A stretch of DNA of 64,000 bases. Origin: the human T2T-CHM13v2.0 reference genome, Homo sapiens. Location: NCBI RefSeq assembly GCF_009914755.1, contig NC_060931.1; one strand, given 5' to 3'. This document shows, in pieces, positions 16,912 through 28,947 of the stretch. The notes under the pieces are model-generated. The model saw only the letters and a list, made by a program, of their open reading frames with translations. It was not told the origin of the DNA and did no database searches. The translations under genes were made by a program, and so were the position numbers. The stretch's first letter is position 1; each line of letters opens with the position of its first letter.

Positions 16912-19164
16912 ATCAAAGCACATGCCCAAATTTATTTTTATTTTGCACACATAGGAAACAGGATCCTATCAAAAGAGAACAAAAAAGAGAAACGAGCCAA
17001 TTGTTGCAGAGGAAAAGCATGCACAGATCTGCTTCAAGTTTACTCTGAACCACGGACGCTCCGGGAATTCTACACACCAGGAGCTGTCTCACTCCAGGAA
17101 GTGGGCACAACCCACCATCCACACAATGGAAACAAGAATGGCCAGGAAATGTCACCGAAGTGGGACTTCCATATGCAGGATCAGCGTTCACAGTAGCACA
17201 ATTCTAACCAAGTTCAAGGGAAAACAAACTCTGTCTCACACAAACATGGGAATACAAAATTGTTGAGCCCTAGCCATCACTGTCTCTTAACATAATTTGC
17301 TATCAAAAAGACAAACGAAATTTAGTCACGGACTTTTGGGTGCCTATTCAGCTGCACCCGATTCCAGGGGCAGCTTAGTGTGCTTTTTCATTACAAAAAA
17401 TAAAGACATTAAAAATGCAAAACAAATGACCTGGAGGAAGAGGAGTGTTTGGACCCACGCAGTTGTCTTGGTTGTAAACAGTGAACATTGTGCTTTGTTG
17501 TCTCATTTAGATGGAGGCCTGCAGCATGGGAGGTACCACGCTGGCAGTCAGCAGTCACACCAGGGTGGTCAGAGACACTGGTGGCAGCATCTGTGCTTGC
17601 AACTGCATTCCCAGGGTGTCTGTTTTGTTCCCAAGTGTCTCCCACAAAATTCCCCAGGAGGTTCTCCGATTAAATGTCCTCAGAGTGAAAAGCATGGACA
17701 CCAAATCACTCCGTATCCACTTCCATGAGATGTCTTGATGCTCCAGTTCAATGAGTAACAATTTCTCAAGAGGCTCTGATTAGTTCATTAAAAAATAAGC
17801 ACCCCCACCTCATTCCCCGTGATACAGCACATCTAGTAATCTAGGCGCCTCAGCTAAGCTGCATAGCTCTTAGCACACAGGACAGGTCAGCGTTCACACA
17901 TCAACACTATAACTATGCGGCGGAACTAGCTCCCCGCTAGCCGTCAACTACTCAGGAGACTACCTGTGAGATCCTGGGGTGAGCTGTGATTCCTATCCAG
18001 GAATGTGCATTTCCGACCACTTCTTCTTTATTCTAATTATGACAACATGGTCAGTGCAGTTGAGTCAGTACTTCTCCTGTCTTTTCCCAGCAAGCTCCTC
18101 CTCCTTGGAGCCCAGCACACACCCGCTTAGACCCAACACAACCTCAGAGAGAGACGCCTCAGCTGGTCTCTCTCCCTGGAAGAGTCCATGTGACTTCCCA
18201 GCCAGATGTGCCCCGTTTTGAAAGCACCCTTCAGAACCCACCACTGGAGCTGCCTGAGGGAAGGAGACCCCCGGGCCTGAGAATGCCCTGGAGAGGCAGT
18301 GATGTCCAGGGAAGACACACACCCAGTCTGATTTCAAAGGGCAGGACGCTCTACATGCACTTCCATAAACACACCAAAAAAATGGGTAACAGTCCTTTCT
18401 CCAAATCAGACCAAGAGCTCACAAAATGCAATGTCTCAGTTTGGGGCAGGAAGTGATTTCCCATGAATTTAAATAAATTTGCTTAGTGGATGTCAGATCA
18501 CTGTCAGGCCTCCAAGGCAAGCCTGATTCTAGGCCCCATCCTGCGGTGAGAGCTGCACGTGCTACCCTTCCCTGGCGGTGCAGGAGAAGTCTATCTTTAG
18601 GATATGAACAGAGACAGAAACATGACAAGGGGCTTGCTCTCTCCTGAATGTCTCTCCAACAGCTTCTGGAAGAGGAAGGCTGACGAGAGGACAGGCTGGA
18701 GCAGATGACCTGCTGGGCTCAGCTCAGTCGGCTGCTGCTTCATCGGCTAAGCCGCCCGGCATGGGGCTTCCTATTAATACCCGGGCAGAAGGATGCTTGC
18801 CTGGGATGCTCGGCCTGGCCCCTCTACATGCCACCTGCACCTCCAGCACTGCCTTCTTCCTCTCAGTCTCTCTCCTGTAGATCTGGTCACGCCACCGTAA
18901 GGACGTCAGCCCTCGGGGACTGTCACCACACTACCATGTGAGAGCACAGACTGCGTCAGAAACAGAAGCAACAGAGGAGACAAAGTGTGAGTTCATATAT
19001 TGTACTCCATGGAAAGCCTGAAAGAGAGCTGTGCTTGCTGTGAGGATATCAGAGGAACTGCCCTTAGCAGCCCACGAGACCGTTCCTGGAAGTGAACATC
19101 AACGAAGACAGAAAGGCCAGGGAAAGGCCCTCTCCTGTCTCTCCTCTTGCACGTGGGCACCCCA
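16912..19164 (-). other. VOPP1: VOPP1 3'UTR (terminal exon; cleavage site approximate)
   Basis: Sequence between the TAG stop and the tandem poly(A) signals; no recognisable Alu/L1 within it. Confidence 0.82.
16931..16942 (-). terminator. VOPP1: VOPP1 distal polyadenylation signal (two tandem AATAAA)
   Basis: Plus-strand tttatt at 16931-16936 and 16937-16942; U/GU-rich downstream element (ttgattgttttgttggggg on minus) ~16-35 nt further. Confidence 0.85.
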
Positions 19165-19355
19165 CTACTTGGCCTTCACTACCTGTTCGTACGGGGGCGG
19201 AGGCGTGTTGCAGTAGGCTGGAGGGGGCGGGCAGGCCACACTCCCCTGGGGTGAGTTGGGTGGGACCTGGAAAGCCATTGCCATGGAATTCCCGACAGGG
19301 TTCATCCCCGGTCCTCCTGGGTCGGTGTAATAGGGCGGCCCCGGCTGCTGGGCTC
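19165..19355 (-). CDS. VOPP1: VOPP1 terminal coding exon (exon 5): Pro-rich cytoplasmic tail with PPxY motifs
   Basis: Acceptor ttcag|GA at 19355; encodes (G)AQQPGPPYYTDPGG...CPPPPAYCNTPPPPYEQVVKAK*; phase matches the exon 4 donor. Confidence 0.97.
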
Positions 19356-22300
19356 CTGAAAGACAGACAAACATAGGTGAGCACAGAAGGGAAAGCCCCA
19401 TCACACCCCAAGTATGTGCAGGCTGCAGGGCCAGCAGACCACGCCCCGTCATTCACTCAGCGACAGTGTATGAAGGACCCAACATGCCCGGTGAGGGGGC
19501 ACCTGGGCTGTGGTGACAAGCAACACAATAGGCAGGTCCCTGCCCTCTCGGGGCTTTGATTCTACTGGACTACATTCCACGTTACCAGTTCACACATTAG
19601 GGTGGAGGAAACTGGGCCACAGTAAGGTGAGGCTGTCTGCGGTGAACTATCGGAAGAGCTGCAAAGACCACCCAGGCTTCGCGACTCAGCCTGGCATTAT
19701 CGCAGGAGCTCCACAACCCCTCTGGGCACGCCATTGGCTGGTGACCATTTCTGAAGTAAGGTCTCCATTCTCCCTGCCGGGCTAGTGTGCCCTCAGGGCA
19801 GGAGTTACTCACAGGCAGGGAGGCCGTGCACCTGGGCACACATAGCCAGGCTGCAGCTGATTGACGCTCCATGGGTCAGGAGCGGAGCCGCAGGCTGACT
19901 CCCTAGTGACAAGCTGAGGAGCAGGGCACGGGGGCACCACAGAAGGTGACAGGAGGGTACAGGCTGGACACCCGACCCCAAATCTAGCCCTCACTCTGAG
20001 GTGCTGTTTTCAGTGTGCTTACTGTGATCATGCAGATTAACACTATAGAATTATGCATATGTAAATAAAGAATCAGACAAAACCGTGAAAGTGCTGGGTG
20101 TTCCCTGGGTATAGCTGATTTTGTGACAGGACTCAGGTGTTTTTGAAGTGAGGCTTCCTTTAGCTCAGGGAGACACTCAAGTGTCAAAGAAGCTGCCCCT
20201 GTGTGAATATTGTGTAGGGTTTTTTTTCTTTTTTTGCAATTCTCCCCCTGACACAGTGTGATATAGTTCTGACTCTAGAAACATGCCCATCAAGGTACAC
20301 AAGATGTCCCAAAGCCCACATAAGTCAGACCATGGGAATCTGCGCATGTGCGGAAGGAGAGCATGTAGAACAGAAGCACAGGCCAGGCCTGCACTGTCTC
20401 TCACTGAGCGCTCTCAACTGCCAGGAGGGCACTCAGCACAGATGCCACCCTGTGTGAGAGGCTGCCTCGCCCTGCATCTGTGCCGTCCCACAGACACCAC
20501 CTGAGTGAGATGCCGTGTGGTCCCACAGATGCCACCTGCGCTGCTCTGATGCATCTCACCCGCTGCCTTGGGTGTGTTCTATTTAGAAGTCGACTTACTG
20601 CCATTACCATGAGTTTCGCAAGGGCAGAGATTATGTTTTATTTAGATCTGGATCCTGCTATATGTTATACAATTAAAAAACCAAGGATTTTTAAAAAGAG
20701 GGCATTGCAACAGTCTAAGCAAGACATTATGAAGGCTTCTGAATATTAGAGAAAAAATGGAGAAGAGAGAATGAGGCACTGAGGGCTGTCGGCAATGACT
20801 GGCCTGGGATTGACTCGATGGGGAGCGCACAGCGTGGGAGACAAGGGCTGAGAAGAAAAGGCCCTAGGTTCTGCTCACAATAAGGGCCCCCCAACAGGCA
20901 GGGCAATACAGGAGAACAGGGGCTCTGCAAGAATTAGCGCCTTACCAAGGTCACACTACTGCTACAGCAGCACCAGGACAAGGGCGGGGCAGATGAAAAA
21001 GTCCCTGCTGGACTGGAGAGGGCGGAGGCAGCTCTGGAGCTGGAGCCTCCTGTGGGAAGGTGGTGGTGGAAACATGGGCATGTCCAGGAGAAGGCTGCAG
21101 GAAGGAGCAGCACTGAGGCCAGGAGAGGAGCATGAAGTGTCTAAGGCTGATGAGAAGGATGCATAGGCAATGGGAAGATGCGGCAGGAGGTGGTGCACCA
21201 GGAGCCAGGGCAGCAAGGGGTGGGAGAATTTTCAGGAAGAAGTGATGTTCTCTCCCCAGCTGAAGAGAGATGGAAATAAGCACGGCTGTAGCCTTGGGGT
21301 TCCCGTGCTCTTTCTCTACAGTTTCACACCATGGTAGACACAGGTCCCTGCTGCAGTAGGGAGAAACAGTCCAGGGTGTGGGTGAAGACTGTAGGAGGGG
21401 ACGGGTGGCAGCTGGAAGGCACGCAGGGCAAGAGAAGGTGCCTTTGTAAGGATGGAAACGCTTGCGCATATGGGCAGGGGTAGGGACAGACACAGGACAG
21501 AGAGAACTTTCGGGGAGAACACAGCTCGGTGAGGGTAATGGCCTCTGGTAAAGCACTTGGAGCCTACTAGCTGGGAGCTGGTGCACAGGAAGGCACCCGA
21601 GACAGTGGGCCGAGTGGGCAGAGCCATGTGGGGTGTGGCCCTGAAAAGCACAGCAAGGGACTCGGCCACCACAGGTTTGGCGGAGCGGTGGGTGAACATG
21701 GCCGGCAGCCTCCACTGCCGGGCGAAGCAGGTCCAGGTGATTCATTTGCTGACAGGGATGTGGGAAAGGGCAACAGGAGAACTGACCAAAAGCCTCAAGG
21801 ACGAAGGGAGCAGTGCGTTACAGTCACAGATGGGAGCCAAAATAGTGACAAGGAGCGACAGGCCCACTGGTGCAGGATTCGGTGTGGTGGGGACAATCTG
21901 CACAGAGGTGACAGCCAGGAGCAAGGGGACTCCACCACCCCTCCCTTCCCTACACAGGGTGTGCCCTGGGAGGAGCCCTTCAGTTCTGGTTTGTGGTTGA
22001 TGGTTGGGTTAAAGAAAACACACAAAACATTCTAGGAAGAGGCTGGGGTTGCAGAAAGACTTTCTCCACAAGATGGGGTAGAAAGGGTAAGGAGAGGTGA
22101 GTAAAACCATGGCTGCCCCTCACGTCACCAGTGTTCATCAGGCCAGCCTGTGCCGTGTGTGCACGGTGGGGAATGGCATGGGATGGGGATTGGGTGGGAG
22201 AACAGAGGCTCTGCCAGAGTGAGTGCCTCACCAAGGTCACGCTACCGCTAGAGCAGCACCAGGACTTGAACCCAGTAGTGAACCAGAAAGTCAGACTCTC

Positions 22301-25300
22301 CCTATGATGACAGGCGTCTCTTGAAACAGGATGGTGAAGTGGGGGAAGAAGTTCAGGCAAGGGTGGGATGGGAGAGCCACAGGAGACTGGGGGCATCACG
22401 GGCCCGTGTGGAGCGCCGTCTAAGAATTAAAGGCCACCACAGCCAGCCTCCCAGCCGGGCTGCACTCACACCCTTGGCATGTCATCTGTCTCTGGACAAT
22501 GCTGGAGTCATTTTACTTTGAACGTCATCATCTCCTCCTCAGTGGGAGTCTTGGCATGGTTTGAAAGGGAGCTCCAGGCTCAGCAAAGACTGGGAGGACA
22601 CGCTGTGATGTTAACTGACAATCACCCCTTCTCAGTGAGCTGGCCCAGCCCCACGGGTGCCAGGGGGATGGCCAGGCAGCCTGTATTCTTAGCAGGACCT
22701 GCCACCTCTCTAGCCCAGCTGACTGGCCAGTGGCGTGTCGGGGGGGTGGGCGGGGGGGCTGGGCCAATCTTTCCTGGGGATGCAAAAGAGTCCGGCAGGC
22801 CGCAGAGGGAGGGGTGGAAATGCAGGGAGAAGGAGAGGCAGCTGACAGAGTATGTGGCCCAGGAGGGACAGAGGCCAGGGGCCCAGGGGCCTGACTCCTG
22901 ACAGCGTTCCAGTTACACCAGGATCCCCACACCATTTTAGTCAGCCCCTCCAAACTCAGGGCACGTGGGTCTCTGGTCTCACCTCTCCTCCTCTCCAGCC
23001 ATGCCCTGGCTTCCCTGCTCTGTCCCCTCTGGCCCAGCTGCTCCTCCAGCCATGGGCAGGAGCCTCAACACAGGGCACCAGGGGCAGAGCTCGTTCCTGC
23101 CACCCAAGCTGTGGCAGGCTTGGCCCTACATTCCTCCCCACCAATCACTCATGGGACGGTGGGCTCTCCAGAGGGACAGGGCCTGCTATGATGGGCTCCT
23201 GCCCACTTCAGAGCCTTGTGTCTCACCGCCTGCCCTATTCTCCATCTCCAGCAGTAACCACACTGCCTGGATCCGGTCTGCCCTCTCTGGGCCCTCACTA
23301 GATAACATATCCCAGGCTTTCACCATGCAAACCGTGTCTCCTGGAATGCCTGTGACCACCTCATGCCAGGCACCTCCTAGCCTCTCGTCTGGCTAATTGC
23401 CATGTATCTTTCAGTCTCAGCTCAGAATCACCAGGCAGCCCCCTCTTGCTGCCTGTCACTGCCTTCCCAGCTGAGCAGGCACCCCTGTCCTCTGGTACCC
23501 AGAACAAGGCACGTCCATGAGTATGCAGCAGTTGCCTAGTATGGTATGATTTTCTGAGCCTTCTGAACACGAGGACAGAGCATCACTCACCCTGGTTCCC
23601 TGAGAGCCCAGAACGGCACCTTGCATGTGGCAGACGTTCCATAAATACACGGGAGGAGTGACTGAAGGGGGGACGAGTGGCGACTTGGATCTGGACTTTG
23701 GCGCTGCCAGATTGTGCTGGGTGTGCATGGGTTTCCTGAGACACACCTGTTTCTGATATGACAGGAGTGACTGGCTGCCCCACTCAGCAAGCCTGTGCCA
23801 AGGCCGTGGCTCCTGTCGAGGGGAGGATCCCAACCCCCTGCTGCAGGTGAGGGAGGGGCGGGAGTGTGGTCTTTGTAGAAGAGAGGCAGCCAGGCTATGT
23901 TTGCAATGTGGCCACTCACGCTGCAGAACCAGAAACACCAGCACCTGCATCCAGTCTAATCGGTATCTTCGTGTTCATAGACACAGTGATGGATCCTACC
24001 AGGAACTGGTGGGACGGGATTGAAATATTTGAACATGGAGATGGAGAGGTATTTGGAATATAAAAGAGAACGGATAGAAAATGAATAAACTGTGTACTTG
24101 TCAAGAACATGAACCCTTAGGTTAAAAAATTGGTGACCACGCTGGAGAGGCTACAGTTGAGGTTAAAGGGCAGCAGGGCCGGATGCTGGAGCCTCATGTG
24201 AGTAGCTGAGGGACCCCGGCCAGGTGGAGGCAGCGCGGCCGCGGAAGCAGCATGCAGAGGCCGCACCCACCCAGACAGCTGCTCAGCTTCTGCTCATTTG
24301 GCTACAACTCCTCACAGGACGCTGGCCATGCTTACCATTCAGGCTCCCACAAAGAAGAGCAACCGAGAGAAGGTGGACCCAGTTCTCACAGAGGCAGAGA
24401 CTCATTTAGGAAAGAGAAAGCAAGGACACTTCATTCTCTGCATGAAGCCTGCGGACAGAAGACCAGCACGGTCTGGAATGTGCCCACAGACTTCAGAGAG
24501 ATCACGGCAAAGACATTCCCACAAACCACAGATGATTATATGGCACATGGCTCTGGAATCAAAAGCACCTTAAAGTCATAACCTCAACTCCTTAATCACA
24601 AATAATCACAAAGAGAACAAAAATGTGAGTGTCCCAAATGAAGCCCTGTGACTAAAGAGCAAAATTACAAAATGAGATTATTACCAGGAGCAAATACAGA
24701 ATGAAGTCAGGAAAAAAAAGCCCAAGGGAGCTGCAGCTTGAAGCAATGACTCTAGCCAAAAAAGGGGGCTTTGCATGTGCACAGAGAATAAAGAAGATTA
24801 AGAAATAAAACAAATAGCAAAAGAAACTACCTTAAATGGTATTCTCTCCCAAGGAGAATGGTTTGCAAACTGAAAGGGAGAAACAAAAAAATGGGTGAGG
24901 GAAAATGAAAGACCAAGATAAATGAGAACTGACCGGATGTTGGGGAGAGCATTCAGATTGCCTGCCTCCAACCAAGTACCTCTCAGTGCAGGAAGCATGG
25001 AATAGAACCAGGACCTCAGGGTCCCATGACATGCTAAGTGCATTTTCCTCACAGATTCATGTATCTCACATACAGCCTGTCATTCTAGCCACCGAGGAAT
25101 GCTATGAGATACACACTATTTCAATTTTACAGATTCAAAAGCGGAAGTCCAAATAAATTACACAATGTGCTCAAGGGACTCTCCTTCCAGTGGACACTGT
25201 TGCATCTGTGAGGACCCAGGCGGACCTCTCTCAGCCAGGAAGGAGAGTTGGAGGGGGAAGAGCTGAGGGGGGCAGCAGGGGCCCATGGAAGGAGCCCGGC

Positions 25301-25460
25301 CCGAGGATGCTGCTGAGCCATGCAGTTAAACCATGGCCCTTCCTCTATGTGACTTTCTATCGTAAGAGACAATTCTTTCTTATTTTTGAAGCTGGCTGAA
25401 TTGAGGTATGTGTTACTTGTAGCCAAAAGCCTTGAACTACCTCTTCCAGAGAACATTTTC

Positions 25461-25674
25461 TTTTTTTTTTTTTTATTATTATACTTTAAGTTTTAGGGTA
25501 CATGTGCACAATGTGCAGGTTAGTTACATATGTATACGTGTGCCATGCTGGTGTGCTGCACCCATTAACTCGTCATTTAGCGTTAGGTATATCTCCTAAC
25601 GCTATCCCTCCCCCATCCCCCCACCCCACAACAGTCCCCAGAATGTGATGTTCCCCTTCCTGTGTCCATGTGTT
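25461..25674 (-). mobile_element. Short 3' fragment of a young L1PA (L1PA3-like)
   Basis: L1 3' end with poly(T) on plus; perfect TSD (tt)ccagagaacattttc at 25444-25460 and 25673-25689. Confidence 0.92.
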
Positions 25675-25749
25675 CCAGAGAACATTTTCACAAACAACAG
25701 AGGTGTTGCCAGCTCAGTACTGGCATTTCTGTGTCCTCTGAGCTTTCTA

Positions 25750-27050
25750 GTTTGGTTTGGTTTGAGGTTGTATCTGTTCATTTTGCTAAACTGTCTCAAC
25801 TCTTAGAAATATTTCTGAGCTCATTCTCCAGGATTTTTAGGTAAGTACTGATGATAAACTGTTTACAAACAGTAATAGTTTTGTTTCTCCTTCCTGATGG
25901 TTGAATATTTTCATTTTAGCCAGAAATTTTAGAGCAATATTAAATATTATTAAATATCAGTTATGATATTAAGCAATCCAATTTTCATGGGAATTATTTT
26001 ATAGTTTCACCAAATGTGATGTTAGCAAAGAATCTAAAGTGCATACTCAACAATTATTTATGCAACATCTCCCGTTCAAAAGGCATAGCTGGTAACATGG
26101 AGCATACAGTGGAAGGCTTGAGCCTGGAACCCAGGAATTTACATGAGGTCTTTATTACATTAATAAAAGGCCTTACATGGCTAGTTTTGAGAGAGTTTTG
26201 ATAAGGAATATATATCAAATTGTGCTGACAGCCTCTTCAGCACCTACTGAGACAATCATTGCTTTTTGATATAACTTACAATGTTAATTGCGTGCCTAAA
26301 ATAAAACGATCTTTTGTTAAGAAGATCATGGTTGGTTATGATGGTTTACTATTTTGACACATTGCTTAATTCAGTTTCCTAAATATGATTCGATATAATT
26401 TTATTTTGGTGTTTATTCCCAAGTTATACTAACTTTACAACATGAATACGTAGCATTCCTATGATTTGCAGTAATTGATACATTCATTAAAATGAATTGT
26501 TTCTTAAAAGTTTCAAAAAAGCCATATGAACTTAAAGACATTCTGGGAGATAATTCTTTGAAAATGTCTTCAAGCTCTTGCTTGCTTTTTGAGTTATTGA
26601 AATTTTCAATGTCTTTACGCACTTTGGTATCATAAAGTACTTACGCACTTTGCCATCTTACCAGATTTTCCAATTCATGAATACTTCCTTGTGATTTTCA
26701 ACTCCTTTGAATCTGTAGTGTTTTAATTTATGCTTTTATTTTTGTGTTCTTCTCCTTTATTGATTAGATTTATCAGGAGGGGAACAAGCAATGTGATTTG
26801 CTCTATTGCTTTTTATCAACTGCTAACTTAGATTTATAATTATATTTTTCTGATTTTTACAATTAATTTGTATTTCATTTATAATTTCTCCCATCTCTAC
26901 TTCCCAGGCTTAATTTTACCCACTCTTTATATATTTCTGTGACTTTATTAATTTCTGAGCCTCTTTTGAGGAGAGCTCAGTTCATTTGCTTTTTCATAAA
27001 CTTTTAACAGAATAAAGCTATGAATCTATTAATACCTCTAAAAATTGGCT
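25750..27050 (-). mobile_element. Highly decayed old L1 (L1M/L1ME-like) ORF2 fragments
   Basis: AT-rich sequence with patchy antisense L1-like motifs; boundaries uncertain. Confidence 0.4.
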
Positions 27051-27099
27051 GAACATGTACTGCATATGCTGTTGCATTCCTTTCACTGATGCCTATGTC

Positions 27100-27500
27100 C
27101 ATTTGTGTGTTCAACAAAGACTGAATTCTCACTGAGTGCCAGCACTGTTCTGGGCACTGAGGATGTAACAATGACAAAAACTGAAAATCTCAGTTCTCAC
27201 GTTACTTGCAGTTTAGAGAGACAATGAGCAAGGTAAGAAAAATAGGTTAGTTGGTGATAAGTGCTAAAGATGAAAATAAAGCAGGAAAATTGAAAAATGA
27301 AAAGCCAACAGGGGAGGGGGAAGGGCAGTGCCATTCTTCCTTGTGTCTGCAGGCCTCATGAGGAGGTGAAGGACCTCGAGGAAATGGAACTGTTGGGCAG
27401 AAGGGGCAGGCAGCAGGTACTGGAGGAGCGTGCCGTGTACCTGGGCGTGTCCATGGAGAAAGAGACTTTTAGGCAGAGGAATGGCTGTCTGGAGGGTCTC
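27100..27500 (-). mobile_element. L2 LINE fragment
   Basis: tcaacaaa...gtgccagcactgttctgggcactgaggat pattern typical of the L2 3' end. Confidence 0.55.
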
Positions 27501-28657
27501 AGGACAAGTCACAGGCCAGTGAGTGGCAGCAGGGGAGTGAGCCAGGAGGGGCCACAGGAGAGGCCAGAGCCCGCTGGGCAGCCAGGAGGGGTGCTGAGAG
27601 AAGAGAGGGCCTCCTTGGCCTCTCAAAGTGCTTCTGTGGCACAGTGGGCCCATGAGAGTGTTGGGAGCACAAGCCCTGGCTCCTGCTGTGACTCTGGCTG
27701 CCTTGCTGGAAGCAAGAGGCAGCAAGAGAACCACCAGGGAGGCTCTCATCAGAGTCTGAATAAAGGGTGGTAGCAGCCAGGGTGGTGTCGAGAGAAAAGG
27801 CCAACTGGCCTCAAGGCTCCTGGCTGGAGCCCTGGAAGAACAGAGGTGGGGCCTGGAAAGAGGGCGGAGGAAAGAACCAGCACTGCAGGGTCCTCCACTC
27901 CCACCTTTTTGACTCAATACATCATTTATGGGACTAGTCTTTTATTTCCAAGTGGGTGCAGAGCATGCATTTGTTCATTTACAGACATCTACAAACTGCA
28001 GGTGTCCTACTGGGAGTAGTAACTACTGCCCCTCAGTGAGTGCTGACTCTCCGGCCCTGTGCTCAGCAGGGGACACGAAGGAAGTACTCTTAGGATCCCA
28101 GCTTCAGGGGCTTGAGGCTCAGAGAACTGAGCAACTTTCCGAAAATCGCCACAGAAGCACGAAGTTTGAAACAAAGCCCCTAGTATCCGGAGGTATGCAG
28201 CTTCTACTTCTACAAACGTATTCGGACACCTTTGTAGTACAAAATCTAAGCGCTTCTTTCAAATGTTCCATTTATTTTTACATTTTGATCAGATTAATAG
28301 CAATGCATTGACACTCCTACAGTTTCCATCACTCTGTCATATTTTTACATTTTTGTTTTACATACTTTGAAAATTAAGACATGACTATTGTATCTTCACC
28401 TTTTATAAAAGGTGATTTTTATCAGTATTAAAAGGACTTCCTTTTCATATGCATATATTAGTAAATCTATGGAATATTTCTCAAAGAACACGCAAAAAAA
28501 AACTGATAAGCGGGAGGAAGGGAATTGGACTGCAGACTGTATATTTCTTCTTCCACTGTATAACGCTGTACATTTCCTCTTGAGGTACATACATTATCCA
28601 TTACAAAAAAGAACCTCCTGCTACTGCCTTTTGGGGAAGAGAGGAAGAAGGGAGGTA

Positions 28658-28947
28658 TTTTTTTTTTTTTTTTTGAGACGGAGTCTCACTCTTTCCCTCA
28701 GGCTGGAGTGCAGTGGCGCTATCTAGGCTCACTGCAAGCTCTGCCTCCCGAGTAGCTGGGACTACAGGCACCCACCACCACACCTGGCTAATTTTTTTTT
28801 TTTTTTTTTTTTTGTATTTTTAGTAGAGATGGGGATTCACCGTGTTAGTCAGGGAGGTAGGGCGGTCTCGATCTCCTGACCTCATGATCCGCCTGCCTCA
28901 GCCTCCCAAAGTGCTGGGATTACAGGCGTGAGCCACCGCGTCCGGCC
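28658..28947 (-). mobile_element. AluY with internal deletion and expanded middle A tract
   Basis: AluY-type ctgcaagct, caccgtgttag, ggtctcgatctcc; TSD agagga(a/g)gaagggag. Confidence 0.88.

Noticed and set aside
19356-19452. N-terminal extension of track ORF 19165..19452
   Set aside because: Upstream of the ttcag acceptor at 19356; intronic, so the exon starts at 19355
20951-21745. 264-aa minus-strand ORF, the longest in the track
   Set aside because: Intronic, low-complexity Pro/Leu/Ser/Cys composition, no recognisable domain or splice structure; expected in GC-rich DNA
27264-27917. 217-aa minus-strand ORF
   Set aside because: Overlaps L2-like sequence; no recognisable homology
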